A stretch of DNA of 64,000 nucleotides from Macrostomum lignano (lineage: Eukaryota), in NCBI GenBank assembly GCA_002269645.1, contig NIVC01002381.1, positions 1 to 64,000 on the forward strand, written 5' to 3'. Each line of letters opens with the position of its first letter. The stretch's first letter is position 1. The notes beneath the pieces were generated by a model. The model did not search any database. It was not told the origin of the DNA and worked only from the letters and a program-made list of their open reading frames with translations. Below are positions 47,527-60,736 of the stretch, piece by piece. Both the position numbers and the translations under genes were made by a program.

Positions 47527-47964
47527 AAACTTGGAGCTGGCAAGTTCTCAGCTGTTATGGGGCTGGCAGAGGGCAATGCAGTGAGAGTGTATACAAGTAT
47601 GTGAAGTCCAGAACCAGTCCCGAGTCAGCTGAGCTCAGCCAATAAGAACGGTTCCTCGGTCTCTGGAGGCTGCCTATATTTTAGGGTGGATGGCGAATGC
47701 AAATCCAAATGAAGTCCTGTGCAGTTCTCAGCTGAGTAGACACTGCTGGCTGATCATTTCGTGACTTTTCTGCTAGAGAGCTTGGCAAGCCTAAGGGCTC
47801 AAATCTGGGGGGTGGGGGGAGGGGATTAGCGGCTTAGTGAAGGAATAATTCCCTGCCCTCAGCTGCGGCCGGCGGGCTCCATCTTTGCCAGCCAAATTGA
47901 TTTCAATCTTTTCGATCCCTTGCCCGAATCTAATCAGCTGTGTGGGCCCGCCTCTGCGTTCTCT

Positions 47965-48751
<787 letters not shown>

Positions 48752-49472
48752 AGTGCACTTTTGCACAGCTTTCCAAGATAACAGAGAGTCCCGTCCCTCA
48801 AAGGGGATCGAACTCCAGTTAGACAAGTGGGAGCCTCTAAAGCCAGCTTCCAATCTTCATCAGGCTGTCTGTCCGACGGATCCGGGGGGGGGGGGTTAGA
48901 GGCTCGGGGCCGCAAAGCCGCTGCTAATAACGAATCCTGCAAGGCGACGGGGGGGGTTTCGGGGTCGGGGATTTCCAATCTGCAGCCAGGATTGCAGCTG
49001 CGTCCTGGGCAGACTGGGAAGCTGCAAGCAACGCGGCACGCTGCATCAGGCACCGGGGGAAATTGCCTTCATTCCGTTTTTTTCGGCCGCCACCCGTGCT
49101 GGCCAGGCGAGTTTATTTTTTCCAGACGAACTTTTTGCTAAGCCGGTCTGTGCGAATCTGTCTCATTCTCGATGATCGTCTCTTGCAGAAGCGAAAGCGA
49201 GAGCAGCAGGAGACAACTCAACTGCCTGGCAACAAGATTGAGAGCTGCGTGAGAGCTTATGCCAGGCTGCACTGGAGTGTAAACTGAAACTCGGGCCTCT
49301 GTAAGTTAGCTATAATAGTCGGATATTAAGTTTCTGGGGTCCTTGGCCGGCGGGGCCCTGGAGAGCTGTGGTTCGACAACCTGCTAAGGCGCAGTGGCAG
49401 CCCAGTTATTACATTATAGGCTGAGGGCATATGATAGTTAAGCAGTGCTTTCAGCCCTGTGAAATGCTTATA

Positions 49473-49841
49473 TTAGTTGGCGCAGCTCTCCATCATCTCT
49501 CTCTGATTTGATTTCGAGCCCTCGTATCGGCGAGCAGGCTTGAATATGCGGGCCACTGGGACGGTCGGTGCGAGTGTGCCGCGATGGATGGCCATTAGCG
49601 CAGCATTTTTCGAGTCCCCGCGGCTGAGACGGCAAGGCCTTTTGCTAAGAAGCCTCGCTGCTCGCCTCGATCGAACCCAATTGGCCTCTCTCAGCAACGA
49701 TTCGCGCCGTTGCGTGCCTCGATGCTCGGTATCAGCTGAAAGTACTTTAAGGCCTTGCTGGAAAACATCGGATAATTTCTGTAGATGTAGTGAATTAATC
49801 AGTCGGCGTTGATGACGAACGTCGAAGCATTGTCCGCTCAT
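49473..49841 (-). CDS. Possible orphan 122-aa ORF
   Basis: ATG-initiated, non-repetitive, moderately GC-rich island; no recognised domain. Confidence 0.25.
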   Translation of the reverse strand: MSGQCFDVRHQRRLINSLHLQKLSDVFQQGLKVLSADTEHRGTQRRESLLREANWVRSRRAARLLSKRPCRLSRGDSKNAALMAIHRGTLAPTVPVARIFKPARRYEGSKSNQREMMESCAN

Positions 49842-52194
49842 AGATGCTGATCATTCAATTTGAGCAAAGAATAACATGTAGCTCGATACGTGCATGTGTA
49901 CCAGAATGCCCATTCAAAAATGTTACTCGTGCATAGAAAATGTTAATCTCGTTAATACTAAATATTTGTTGCTGCTTCTTGCTGATGCTTTCCTGTTTTA
50001 TTATTACTTCTGAAAGACTGATGGACGAGAATTATCTAAAAGGCAGTAAAACAATCTGAAACGAAGCATTGGATTGATCGTGTATTTAATCTGCTTCATG
50101 TACGTACATGTATACATGCATGTATAGATTTGGGTCGTAATAGCATAGGCCATTCTCCATCATGTAGTTAAAGCTATATTTCTCCCATATCCAGAATGCT
50201 CAATCAACTGGCAGAATAAGTATAGAAATAAAAACTCAAAAATACCACTCTTACTTCCGTGTGAATATAATTACCTGTATATTTAGTAAAATAACCAATT
50301 ACCACAATTTCGAATATCTTTAAAAATTATAAAAATTATAAAGAAAGGCAAGAAAATAGCCAAAGAGCTATGATATGAAGTATTAATTTTAGTATCAGTA
50401 TACACATGTAGCATAATCGGCAACAGCCTAAAACAGGATATTTGCTAGATAGCCAGCTAGACGGATGGAATACACTGTATAGTGTTTATTAATAAATCTA
50501 AAAATAAATATTTCGTGATGAAAAATTAAATAAAGTAAATAACCAAAGTATAAGCTCACCATTTTTAGATACCTTCGACAATCGTCGTTACTCTTTTACT
50601 CCTTACACTTTTTGGAATTCATTACATTTTATTGTTTGTTATACGAGTTATGGAGTTTAGTGTACAGAAATGCGCACCAGATTGGTTTTATTTTAATCTT
50701 TTATTTTTAAGAAGCCATAAACTTTTTTATTGACTTTCGCCGCCTGGCCCGCCTGGCGCTTGGCCTGCGGGTAGTGTTAGTGTAGTCAGAAAGTGAGCGA
50801 TTGCAATGTTGATATTACATCTAGTAACTTCGTGGGCTGATAACTTACTATAAGTTTGTCTAGTCACGTGAATTAAATGCTTATTCAGAATTCAACCGAA
50901 GAGGCGAAGATTAGCTTGCATTATTATCATTCAGTCGGAGTGTCGCTGTCGGGTCTGGCATTGGTCTCACTCACGAAGGATACAGCTAGTCTATTGCTTG
51001 ATGCTCCTGCTGAAGTCTTTATTTTAAATAAAGATAGAAAGAAGTAGATTACTATGTTATTGCAGTGCCAGAGTATTTAAATTCAATATCTGTAGGTCTA
51101 TTCTAGCCTGTACGTAGCTAATGATGTTATCTCTGTTATTAGGCCTAACTTGCCAGTCTATCCCATCTGACAGTGAAAAGTGACACTAAAGCCCCTGTTC
51201 GTTCATACATTATAAAATTAGCTATAATAGACCTACAATAGTAAACTGACAATGGTCTATAAATGGTTTTAAATTCATTAAATATAAAAAGCACTAAGAA
51301 ATAAGATTTTTAATTAAAGGATTAACAAATTAGATTATTATTGTTATAGTTATAGCATCATTGCCCAATTTAACATTTATGTTTTTAATAAGAAGTTAAA
51401 AATAAATTTTGGTAATAGAAACTATTGTGAAAATATATTATTCCCATTGGCATTGTCATTATTACCATAGCAATGATCATGCTATAGATATGTGCATTAG
51501 AAGTTGTGCAAAAATATTATCAATTGTATACTAGGCAACATTGCTAGACAAGTGGTCAATTTGAAATCTCTTAGCTCCTTAGCCTAGTCCAATATATATA
51601 TATATCTAACAATATTTTATATAAATTATGTGAATTTACTGACCATTTTTAATAAAACAGTAACTATTAGTTATACTTACAATACTGCAAAAGAATTGTT
51701 TAAAATTAATAAATTGTCAATTTCAATCCAAAATTGAAATGCAAAGATTCTATCCTAGGGCTAGGCTATGATCTATGATATAGTGCATATTGCATTCCAA
51801 CTTTTTGGTACAGCTATATACACATGTACTAAGAAGTTAAGAACCAAATTATAATAATAATAAATCTATACAGTATGATATTTGATACAAAGCATTTGAT
51901 TGAAGCCCAAGCTATGTGCCCTGGATCCTTTCGATGAAATTTATATAATAAGTGTATTTATCACAAATTAGAAATTTCTAGTATACCTAATATGATCCTG
52001 ATTGTGGCATTAATAAAATGATATATATTATAATAGGACTGCCATTTCTATATAAGGGGTGCCATCTCAAGGATACATATGATAAGTATACTATATGCGC
52101 CTTGGATAGCAATGGTATATATCATTGAGCTTGAGATGGTACCCCTTTTACACTTATTGTATATTTCATATTTTCAGACATTATAGTATTAATA

Positions 52195-53961
52195 ATGGGA
52201 AACTCGCATGGTGCATTCTCTAAGGAAGAGCTGGCTGAGTACCAGGAGCTGACATACCTAACTAAGAGAGAGATTATTGAGTGAGTTGGCATCTTTGAAT
52301 TTTTAATTGTTAATAAAATCATAATTCCAATGTCTATCTATACTTTCAATTCTCAAACTGCAGGGTCTACAACAGATTTACAAAGATCGATCCACAAGCA
52401 CTGAAGGAGGACGCCAAGAATCCCAAGGTGGAATGGGAAAAGATTCTGGCAATTCCTGAACTCAGGGTGAGAGTTTGTATTGGCACATGTATTTTCCTCT
52501 TCACTGTTCACAGATTCTTATTCACGGTTCACAAAGACCTCTACTGATCACAGATTCTTATTCACTGTTCACATTGACCTCTTCGCTGTTCACAGACACT
52601 TATTCACTGTTCACAAAGACCTTTTCACTGTTCACAGACACTTATTCACTGTTCACTGTTCACAGATACTTATTCACTGTTCACAAAGACCTCTAGTGAT
52701 CGCAGATTCTTTTTCACTGTTCACATAGACCTCTTCACTGTTCACAAAGACCTTCATTATTCACAAACATCTCTTCACTGTTCACAAAGACCTTTTCACT
52801 GTTCACAGACACTTATTCACTGTTCACATAGACCTCCTCACTGTTCACAAAGGCTTTATTAATTGTCAACAAAGACCTATCAGCTTGCAACCGTCCTACC
52901 CGCAGATGAACCCGTTCAAGGAGCGAATAGTTAGCGTGTTCAGCAGCGAGCCGAGCCGCATGTCGTTCGAGGACTTCCTGGACATGATGTCCGTGTTCAG
53001 CGAGGCGGCGGACAAGGCCACCAAGGTGAAGTACGCCTTCCTCATCTACGATTACGACGGCGATTTGCACATCGGCGAGGCCGACCTGCGCTGCATCATC
53101 CGGGCGCTGACGTCTAATGAGGAGGCCGGGCCGCAGCAGCAGCCGCAGCAGCAGCTCACGGACGATGATGTTGAGAAGCTGGTCAGCAATGTAAGTAGTG
53201 CAGATTTTGAGCAGGTGCAGGGTCCCCGAATCTCCCAGATCCCCAGTCCTCTGCTCTCCTAAATCCCCTGTTCTCTAATCTCCCAAATGCCCAGTCCCCA
53301 AATCTCCCTAATCCCCAGTTCTCTAATCTCCCAGATCCCCAGTCCCCGAATCTCCCAGTCCCGCATCTCCCAAATCCCCAGTTCTCTTATCTCCCAGATC
53401 CCCAGTCCCCGAATCTCCAAGATAAAATCTCTCAGTCCTAGAATGTCCCAGATCCCCCGTCAGATATCCGTATCTCCCAGATCCCCAGTCCCCGAATCTC
53501 CCAGTCCCGCATCTCCCAGATCCCCAGTCCCCGAATCTCTCAGTCCCGCATCTCCCAGATCCCCAGTTCTCTAATCTCCCATATCCCAGTCCCGCATCTC
53601 CCAGATCCCAGTCCCGCATCTCCCAGATCCCAGTCCCGCATCTCCCAGATCCCAGTCCCGCATCTCCCAGATCCCAGTCCCGCATCTCCCAGATCCCAGT
53701 CCCGCATCTCCCAGATCCCAGTCCCGCATCTCCCAGATCCCAGTCCCGCATCTCCCAGATCCCAATCCCGCATCTCCCAGATCCCAGTCCCGCATCTCAC
53801 AGATCCCAGTCAGCCTGTAAGGCTAAGCCCATTCGAACGGCACCCCGCAGATCCTGGCCGAGTCGGACCGGGACGAGGACCGCAAGCTGTCATTCGCCGA
53901 GTTCGAGCACGTGATCTCCAAGGCGCCCGACTTTGTGAGCTCATTCCGAATCCGTGTCTAA
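52195..53961 (+). CDS. Calcium- and integrin-binding (CIB) family EF-hand protein; exons 52195-52280, 52364-52466, 52906-53190, 53851-53961
   Basis: MGNSHGAFSKEELAEYQELTYLTKREI (MG start, CIB1-like), PELRMNPFKERI, SFEDFLDMMSVFSE, YDYDGD EF-hand, ESDRDEDRKLSFAEFEHVISKAPDF. Three GT-AG introns join in phase. Confidence 0.92.
52490..52850. repeat. Degenerate ~21-bp minisatellite (TTCACTGTTCACA[A/G]AGAC) in CIB intron 2
   Basis: Direct reading. Confidence 0.85.
53225..53812. repeat. 20-22 bp minisatellite (CCCAGATCCCAGTCCCGCATCT) in CIB intron 3
   Basis: Degenerate 5' units and a homogeneous 3' block. Confidence 0.92.
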
Positions 53962-56022
53962 CTGGCTGTGAGACGGCCGGCTGACGGACAGATAGTCGGC
54001 CTTGGCTCTGTGCTCTATATTTACATTTTGCTAACCCGAGTGGCACCTGTCTTCGGATTTGCGCTGCCTGTAGAAACCTGTGATAAAACAGCCAGTGGCT
54101 GCGTGCTTATTGAATCAAAATTGTTTAGAATTCCATCCGCTTTGGTACTTGCAAAGATTGAATTGGCTTGAAAAGTCTATAATTAGAATATTTAATCAAA
54201 ATTTGATTTCTACTTCAAGGATCATTCGCAATTTTTATTTCCCTTATCTGGGCCTCGCTTTGCTACTTATGCTTGACAGTCAGTAGTATAGAGTGCTTTG
54301 CGCTTTTTATTTGTTCGTGTAATCGAGAACTATGCTGTAGACTTTATAAATAGAAAGCTTAATAATATTATTTATTTTACAATCTTAATTAATTAGCATT
54401 GCTCGCTTGCGCTTAAGACTATTTTTATTCATCGACAAATATTTGCGAAAATGGCTCCAGTTTTGGTGTTGAAACATGCCTTGAGAGAAACTGACCGCCT
54501 TTTACCTTAACCTGCAATTATCAGTGCAGTTTTAAGCCTTTGGCCTGTAGTGAATGAATATGACAAACATTTATGCCGGATTTTATACCCAGCATTTCTG
54601 TTCACTTGATCAGAAGAAAGCTTTGCTGACTAATATTTTTGGGGTTGTTTTCTTTAATTTAAAAAAATTGCTTTAGTCTCGAAATTTTATCAGGAATTTT
54701 TTATTCCTGTCTGGGATTTCATTAACTTACAACTTATTCTGTTTAGAAAATTCACTTTTTGGAAATTTGGAAAAAAATAATAATTAATAATTGATTACAA
54801 CAGCCCCCAGCTATTGCGCGGCGCATCTGAAGGCTGATCAGTCCAAATGCTGGCATGATGAAGTCTGCAATGAATTACCAGCAATGCGCTGCTCAGGAGC
54901 ACAAATTGTTGCAGTGTTATCGGAAATCGAACTCCGGACCTTCTAGCCACTAGGCTTACAGTCTTCTTCACGACTTCTAAATATACTAAATCCACTATAC
55001 TAAAAATAAAATGCTTAAATAATTTCTTTGTACTTTCCTGTCGCATGAGTCATGAACTCGTGCTCAGTTTCCAGTGAAACTCCAGCCAGTTGTGAGGAAT
55101 TCATTCAGCTTTAGAACGACACCAAGTTTGTTAAAATCGGTTCTGCTATTCCGGAGTTATTGGGAACCTTGTGCGGGACAGTTAAGGCTTCTCCGTCTAT
55201 TTTCTAGAAACGAACTGGCCTTAGGACATCCTGGGGTCAATGCCGTTAGAGCTGACCCCAATAAATAAACAAAGCGCAGTCGTCCTTCATCTGAGCTGGG
55301 GGCCTTGGCCGCAGAAATTTATCTGTTGCTCGGCCTGGGTTGTTATTTCTGAGTCTTCTGATAAGCGCAGGAATACAATCTTGATCAGGTCATAAACAGG
55401 CCTAGCGTGCATGCGGTGGGGAAGGCGGGGTGACGCGATCGATTCTTTTAGCGATAAACACAAAAACACGCGAGCGGCTCGGCTCGCCTGACCAACGCGG
55501 ACAAACTTGAAGACTGCACCGGCGCAAATTCGCTTGCCGCGGGAGAACATGGAACTGCGGGGGGCGGGGGGAACGGGGTGGGTGTGACGTGCGCGCTCAG
55601 CCGGCGCCTGTTTTGCACTTGACCAGGCGCGTCTCGTGACTCACGCGGGGGGGTGGGGCGGCTGGCCGCCCTTTCTCTGTACGCGCCAACCCCCCTCTCA
55701 AAGCCTCTCGCCCTTAATTTGGGCAGGCGTGCAGTGGCGGGCGGGTGTTTGCGCTTGCGCTCCGCGTGCTGGCTCGCAGTGTTTGCGTCCCCCGCAGTTT
55801 TATGGCCATTTTGGCTTTAAGGGGGCGGTGGACGGTCATTCGCCCAGCCAGCCGGCGGGCTAAGGAAAGATTTATATTAAAGCCCCAAAATTGCGCACAG
55901 ACTGACTGTTTATTCTGCCCGAGTGAACCCTTAAGCTCAACCGTATTGAACTGAGCGACTGCCCGAGAGCTGCTGCCCAAGCCTTACTGCGGAATTTATT
56001 GATTAGAAAGAAAGCGCAGGAA

Positions 56023-56313
56023 ATGAGACAGCGCCGATTCGCCATGGCCAGCCTGCCTCCTTATGTGCCCGCTTCGATAGAGCAGCCCGCCGACCGCGGC
56101 GGCGGCGACCACTCAGCCGCGTCTCCTGGGCCGCTCAATCGCGCTGAGTCCCCCTTGACGGCGGCAGGCAGCTCCCGGCTCAGGCAGCGGCGGAACGCTG
56201 TGTACTGCCGGCCGCCGGAGCTGGACCGCCTGCTGGGACTGCCGGCCGGGGCCTGGGTGGCCGACCTGCTGACCGATGACCGGACGGAGTCTGCTGAAGA
56301 GGCCGGACGATGA
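56023..56313 (+). CDS. Candidate 96-aa microprotein with RQRRFAM and RQRRNAV motifs
   Basis: GC-rich ORF sharply bounded by AT-rich DNA after the stop; a GC-box and TGAC-rich region lies upstream (55540-55880). Confidence 0.45.
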   Translation: MRQRRFAMASLPPYVPASIEQPADRGGGDHSAASPGPLNRAESPLTAAGSSRLRQRRNAVYCRPPELDRLLGLPAGAWVADLLTDDRTESAEEAGR

Positions 56314-57144
56314 TTGTCTAATTGAATTTGGCAAATCGGACTGAATCACAGACTTCCTGCAACAATATGCATTTTCCGGTCGGAAATTTTTGAATTTTCA
56401 GTTTCAAAAATCAAGTGGCGCGAATTCAAACTATATAAATGTTTGATACTGCAAGTAGTATTTGTGTTGACCTCGTTTTGATTTGTTTAATATTGAATTT
56501 GCATTGTCCAGGCGAGCATGCACACTCGGTTTTGCTCTGTTCTTTATGTACTATAAGCCCTGTAACATGCACTTTTAGTTAAACTAGTGCGGTGTCGCAT
56601 TGCCACTTTTGTAAACTTTATTGCGAGCGGGAATATGTATATATATAAGGGTGCATTTCTGTCTGTTACGTAAAAAATTGTTACCAAGTTGTAAAATTTA
56701 CATCCTTGATCGTGTATACTTCATTTCAAGTCTTTGTATTTTGCTCTCGGCTTTGCACCGCGTTGCGTCATTGCCGGTTAAATATATCTCAGTAAAATGA
56801 TCGATTCTGTGCCGGAGTTCCAGTCCAGCAGTCACAGACTTTCTGCTTCCCAAAATGAAAACGTCTTGCACTGACTGAGCAGATGCTCACAACAGATGAT
56901 GGCGCAGCTGCCGCAGTTGCTTGACTACTAGTAATTATTCGATTCGAATCGGATCTGGCGAGTAATTATCATAAATTAGATGTAGGAAATGGGAACTGAT
57001 TTGAGTCTGCAACACCTGCCATCCGCACGTCCGACGAAAATCCGGGTTGTTGTGCGACACTGGACAGCATTTGGCTGCTTTTTTTGCAATCGTATCTTTG
57101 CAATTGTTGTAATGTATAACTCATAGCTCAACAAAGTCACTCAG

Positions 57145-57895
57145 CTCAGTGATGTCACACACAGCGCAGCGATGCGACTCACACCTCGGCAATGTCACTT
57201 ATAGCTCAGTGATAAGAGTCACAGCTCTGCAATGTCACTCACAGCTCAGTGATAAGAGTCACAGCTTTGCAATGTCACTCACAGCTCAGTGATAAGAGTC
57301 ACAGTTTTGCAATGTCACTCACAGCTCAGTGATAAGAGTCACAGCTCTGCAATGTCACTCACAGCTCAGTGATAAGAGTCACAGCTCTGCAATGTCACTC
57401 ACAGCTCAGTGATAAGAGTCACAGCTCTGCAATGTCACTCACAGCTCAGTGATAAGAGTCACAGCTCTGAAATGTCACTCACAGCTCAGTGATAAGAGTC
57501 ACAGCTCTGCAATGTCACTCACAGCTCAGTGATAAGAGTCACAGCTCTGCAATGTCACTCACAGCTCAGTGATAAGAGTCACAGCTCTGCAATGTCACTC
57601 ACAGCTCAGTGATAAGAGTCACAGCTCTGCAATGTCACTCACAGCTCAGTGATAAGAGTCACAGCTCTGCAATGTCACTCACAGCTCAGTGATAAGAGTC
57701 ACAGCTCTGCAATGTCACTCACAGCTCAGTGATAAGAGTCACAGCTCTGCAATGTCACTCACAGCTCAGTGATAAGAGTCACAGCTCTGCAATGTCACTC
57801 ACAGCTCAGTGATAAGAGTCACAGCTCTGCAATGTCACTCACAGCTCAGTAATAAGAGTCACAGCTGTGCAATGTAACTCACAGCTCAACAATGT
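57145..57895. repeat. 40-bp minisatellite made of two related 20-mers (ACAGCTCAGTGATAAGAGTC + ACAGCTCTGCAATGTCACTC)
   Basis: About 17 dimers; unrelated to the 40-bp satellite at 11781. Confidence 0.95.
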
Positions 57896-58504
57896 CACTC
57901 GAAAAATTGGCTGAGTCGAAAAACTATAGCTGTTTTTGTTAAATATCAATTAGCATGACCTGATTGACCAGGGTAAAGTATAGAAGTTTTATTGAAGTCA
58001 AACTGCCTGCTGGTTTCAGTAAAAAAAACCATTTTATTGTTGATCGATCATCGTACGGACGAACCAGGCGATCTCCCATGTACACATGCAGTATCTCTTG
58101 AAACCACACAGAAAACCCTAATTTACAGGTACTATTTAGTCAAAGCAGAAAAATAGGCTAAGTTTTTTGAACTAATACTACTAAAAGTACGAGATGATTG
58201 CACGCTACTCTTGTGCAGCCCTTACGAGGGTATAACCAGAAAATGTAGCGAAGCGATGCTCAGCTGAAAGTTCGATCGTCATGTCTATACAATGCATGCA
58301 TTGCTGAAAATCCCTGGGTGGGAGAGCGAGACCACGGCAGTGGTTCTACTCGGATTCAGCTTGCGCTACTACGGCCGCTAATTAAATAGTTTCTGCTCTG
58401 TCAGCTTTTGTCCGGTCTTGAGCAAAGCCACGCTAGTACGCTCCGTACAACTGCGTATAGACGTCATGCACAACACAGCAGACTCGTTTTCGCACTTTCA
58501 ATCT

Positions 58505-59582
58505 GTTCCCCAACCACTTTCCCTAACGACCCCTTTCCCAAACTCTTTTCCCAAACTCTTTTCCCCAACTCTTTTCCCCAACTCTTTTCCCCAACTCTTT
58601 TCCCCAACCCGGCCCTTTCCCAAACTCTTCCCCAACCCCTTTCCCAAACTCGTTTCCCCAACCCCTTTCCCAAACTCTTCGCCAACCCCTTTCCCAAACT
58701 CTTCGCCAACCCCTTTTCCCAAACTCTTCCTCAACCCCTTTCCCAAACTCTTCCTCAACCCCTTTCCCAAACTCTTTTCCCCAACCCCTTTCCCAAACTC
58801 TTCCCCAACCCCTTTCCCAAGCTCTTTTCCCCAACCCTTTTCCCAAACTCTTTTCCCCAACCCTTTTCCCAAACTATTTTCCCCAACCCCTTTCCCAAAC
58901 TCTTCCCCAACCCCTTTCCCAAACTCTTCCCCAACCCCTTTCCCAAACTCTTTTCCCCAACCCCCTTCCTAAACTCTTCCTCAACCCCTTTCCCAAACTC
59001 TTCCCCAACCCCTTTCCCAAACTTTTCCCCAACCCCTTTCCCAAACTCTTTTCCCCAACCCCTTTCCCAAACTCTTCCCCAACCCCTTTCCCAAACTTTT
59101 CCCCAACCCCTTTCCCAAACTCTTTTCCCCAACCCCTTTCCCAAACTCTTCCCCAACCCCTTTCCCAAACTCTTCCCCAACCCCTTTCCCAAACTCTTTT
59201 CCCCAACCCCTTTCCCAAACTCTTCCCCAACCCCTTTCCCAAACTCTTTTCCCCAACCCCTTTCCTAAACTCTTCCTCAACCCCTTTCCCAAACTCTTCC
59301 CCAACCCCTTTCCCAAACTTTTCCCCAACCCCTTTCCCAAACTCTTTTCCCCAACCCCTTTCCCAAACTCTTCCCCAACCCCTTTCCCAAACTCTTCCCC
59401 AACCCCTTTCCCAAACTCTTCCCCAACCCCTTTCCCAAACTCTTTTCCCCAACCCCTTTCCCAAACTCTTCCCCAACCCCTTTCACAAACTCTTTTCCCC
59501 AACCCCTTTCCTAAACTCTTCCTCAACCCCTTTCCCAAACTCTTCCTCAACCCCTTTCCCAAACTCTTCCCCAACCCCTTTT
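58505..59582. repeat. 22-24 bp C-rich minisatellite (CCCAACCCCTTTCCCAAACTCTT)
   Basis: About 45 units with G-runs on the minus strand. Confidence 0.95.
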
Positions 59583-59589
59583 CATCAAC

Positions 59590-59850
59590 CGGTAATTTCC
59601 CCAACTCCCCTTCCAATGCAATGCTCACAATTTCACAATCATCCACCTCAGGACGTTCTACCGGGGCAAATCTTCGAGGCTGAAATCTCCCTGGCGAAAC
59701 CGAGCAAACCAATCTTGCGCAGTGCGTTCAGACACGGTACCAGCACCAGATGCACTGTTAATGCGGCGGCTCGATTCGGCTGCTTTGATGCCAAATGCAT
59801 CCTTGGTACAATATAGTAGGATAGCCAAGAACAAAATATGCTCTTCGGCA
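59590..59850 (-). mobile_element. Mariner transposase N-terminal (HTH) relic
   Basis: KAAESSRRINSASGAGTVSERTAQDWFARFRQGDFSLEDLPR, then frameshifted RPEVDDCEI; matches the mariner helix-turn-helix region. Confidence 0.8.
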
Positions 59851-60191
59851 TGTACTAAGTAATACAGTGAGGGTATAGATAGGCAAATATTCATTTACAT
59901 CAGTTAATATGCCACAACTGTTTTTCGCAGATCTAGCCATGCTTGAATGATTTTTTGGCTTTCCCAAGTAATTGAAGACTTTTAATAATTTCGTTCAGAA
60001 TTGATTTGCCTTCACAAAAATGCAGAAAATAACTTGCAATTTTTGCAACTTGCAATGCCACTGTACTAACAATGGATAACAATGGGTTTTTCAGTGAAGA
60101 CCTACACCACCAACAACATCTGTGGTACGAGTATTAAAAGCAACTTTTTTGCTTTGCTTTTAGGAGCAACAAAATTATAGTTGCAGAAATC

Positions 60192-60701
60192 GGATATAGC
60201 CCAATTTGGTAACAGACACTTCGGTAACAAAATATGTCCACTTCGGTAACAGAGACATAAAAGCTTGTCACGATTTCAGGACATTTCGTCAAATAGCGGG
60301 AAGTACATGTAGATGTGTGAGTGTGTGCAATTTTAAATTTAAATTGAAGTTACATGTTAAAAATTAAAGTGTAAAGTAGTGTAAAAATTACAAGAAAAAG
60401 CGTAAATGAATGAATATTAAACACGGTTCTCTTTATCAATTAATATTTATGTGTTTTTTTCTTAGAAACAGTTCACTTTAAACAAGAAGTATACTCCCTT
60501 TCCGATAATTACCAAGGCATCAAATTATGAGCGACTGACCTAGAATGTTTACTTCAATTTAAATTTGAAATCACCGCGCACGCATATCAAACTAGGCCTA
60601 TTTGACGGAATGATCAAATGACTATTTGACGAAAAGCCTTGGAAGGAAAGTGGGCAGAGGCTGTTACCAAAATGTCTGTTACCGCGAAGTGGGCTGTCCA
60701 C
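60192..60701. mobile_element. 510-bp non-autonomous TIR element with subterminal GACACTTCGGTAACA-type repeats
   Basis: Imperfect TIRs (GGATATAGCCCAATTTGGTAAC / GTTACCGCGAAGTGGGCTGTCCAC); 8-bp TSD CAGAAATC at 60184-60191 and 60702-60709. Confidence 0.72.
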
Positions 60702-60736
60702 CAGAAATCGATACGTACAAATTTTTACGTTGGAAA

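Noticed and set aside
48795-48850. B-box-like GAGTTCGATCCCC on the minus strand
   Set aside because: No acceptor stem or anticodon arm found; insufficient for a tRNA or SINE call.
54915-54975. tRNA-like A/B-box motifs on the minus strand (TAGTGGCTAG...GAGTTCGATTTCC)
   Set aside because: Box spacing is too short and no cloverleaf can be drawn; at most a decayed SINE head.
60020-60066. Tc1/mariner-like terminus (TACAGTGG...GCAAAAATT on the minus strand) upstream of the mariner relic
   Set aside because: No matching opposite TIR found, so the element boundary cannot be supported.
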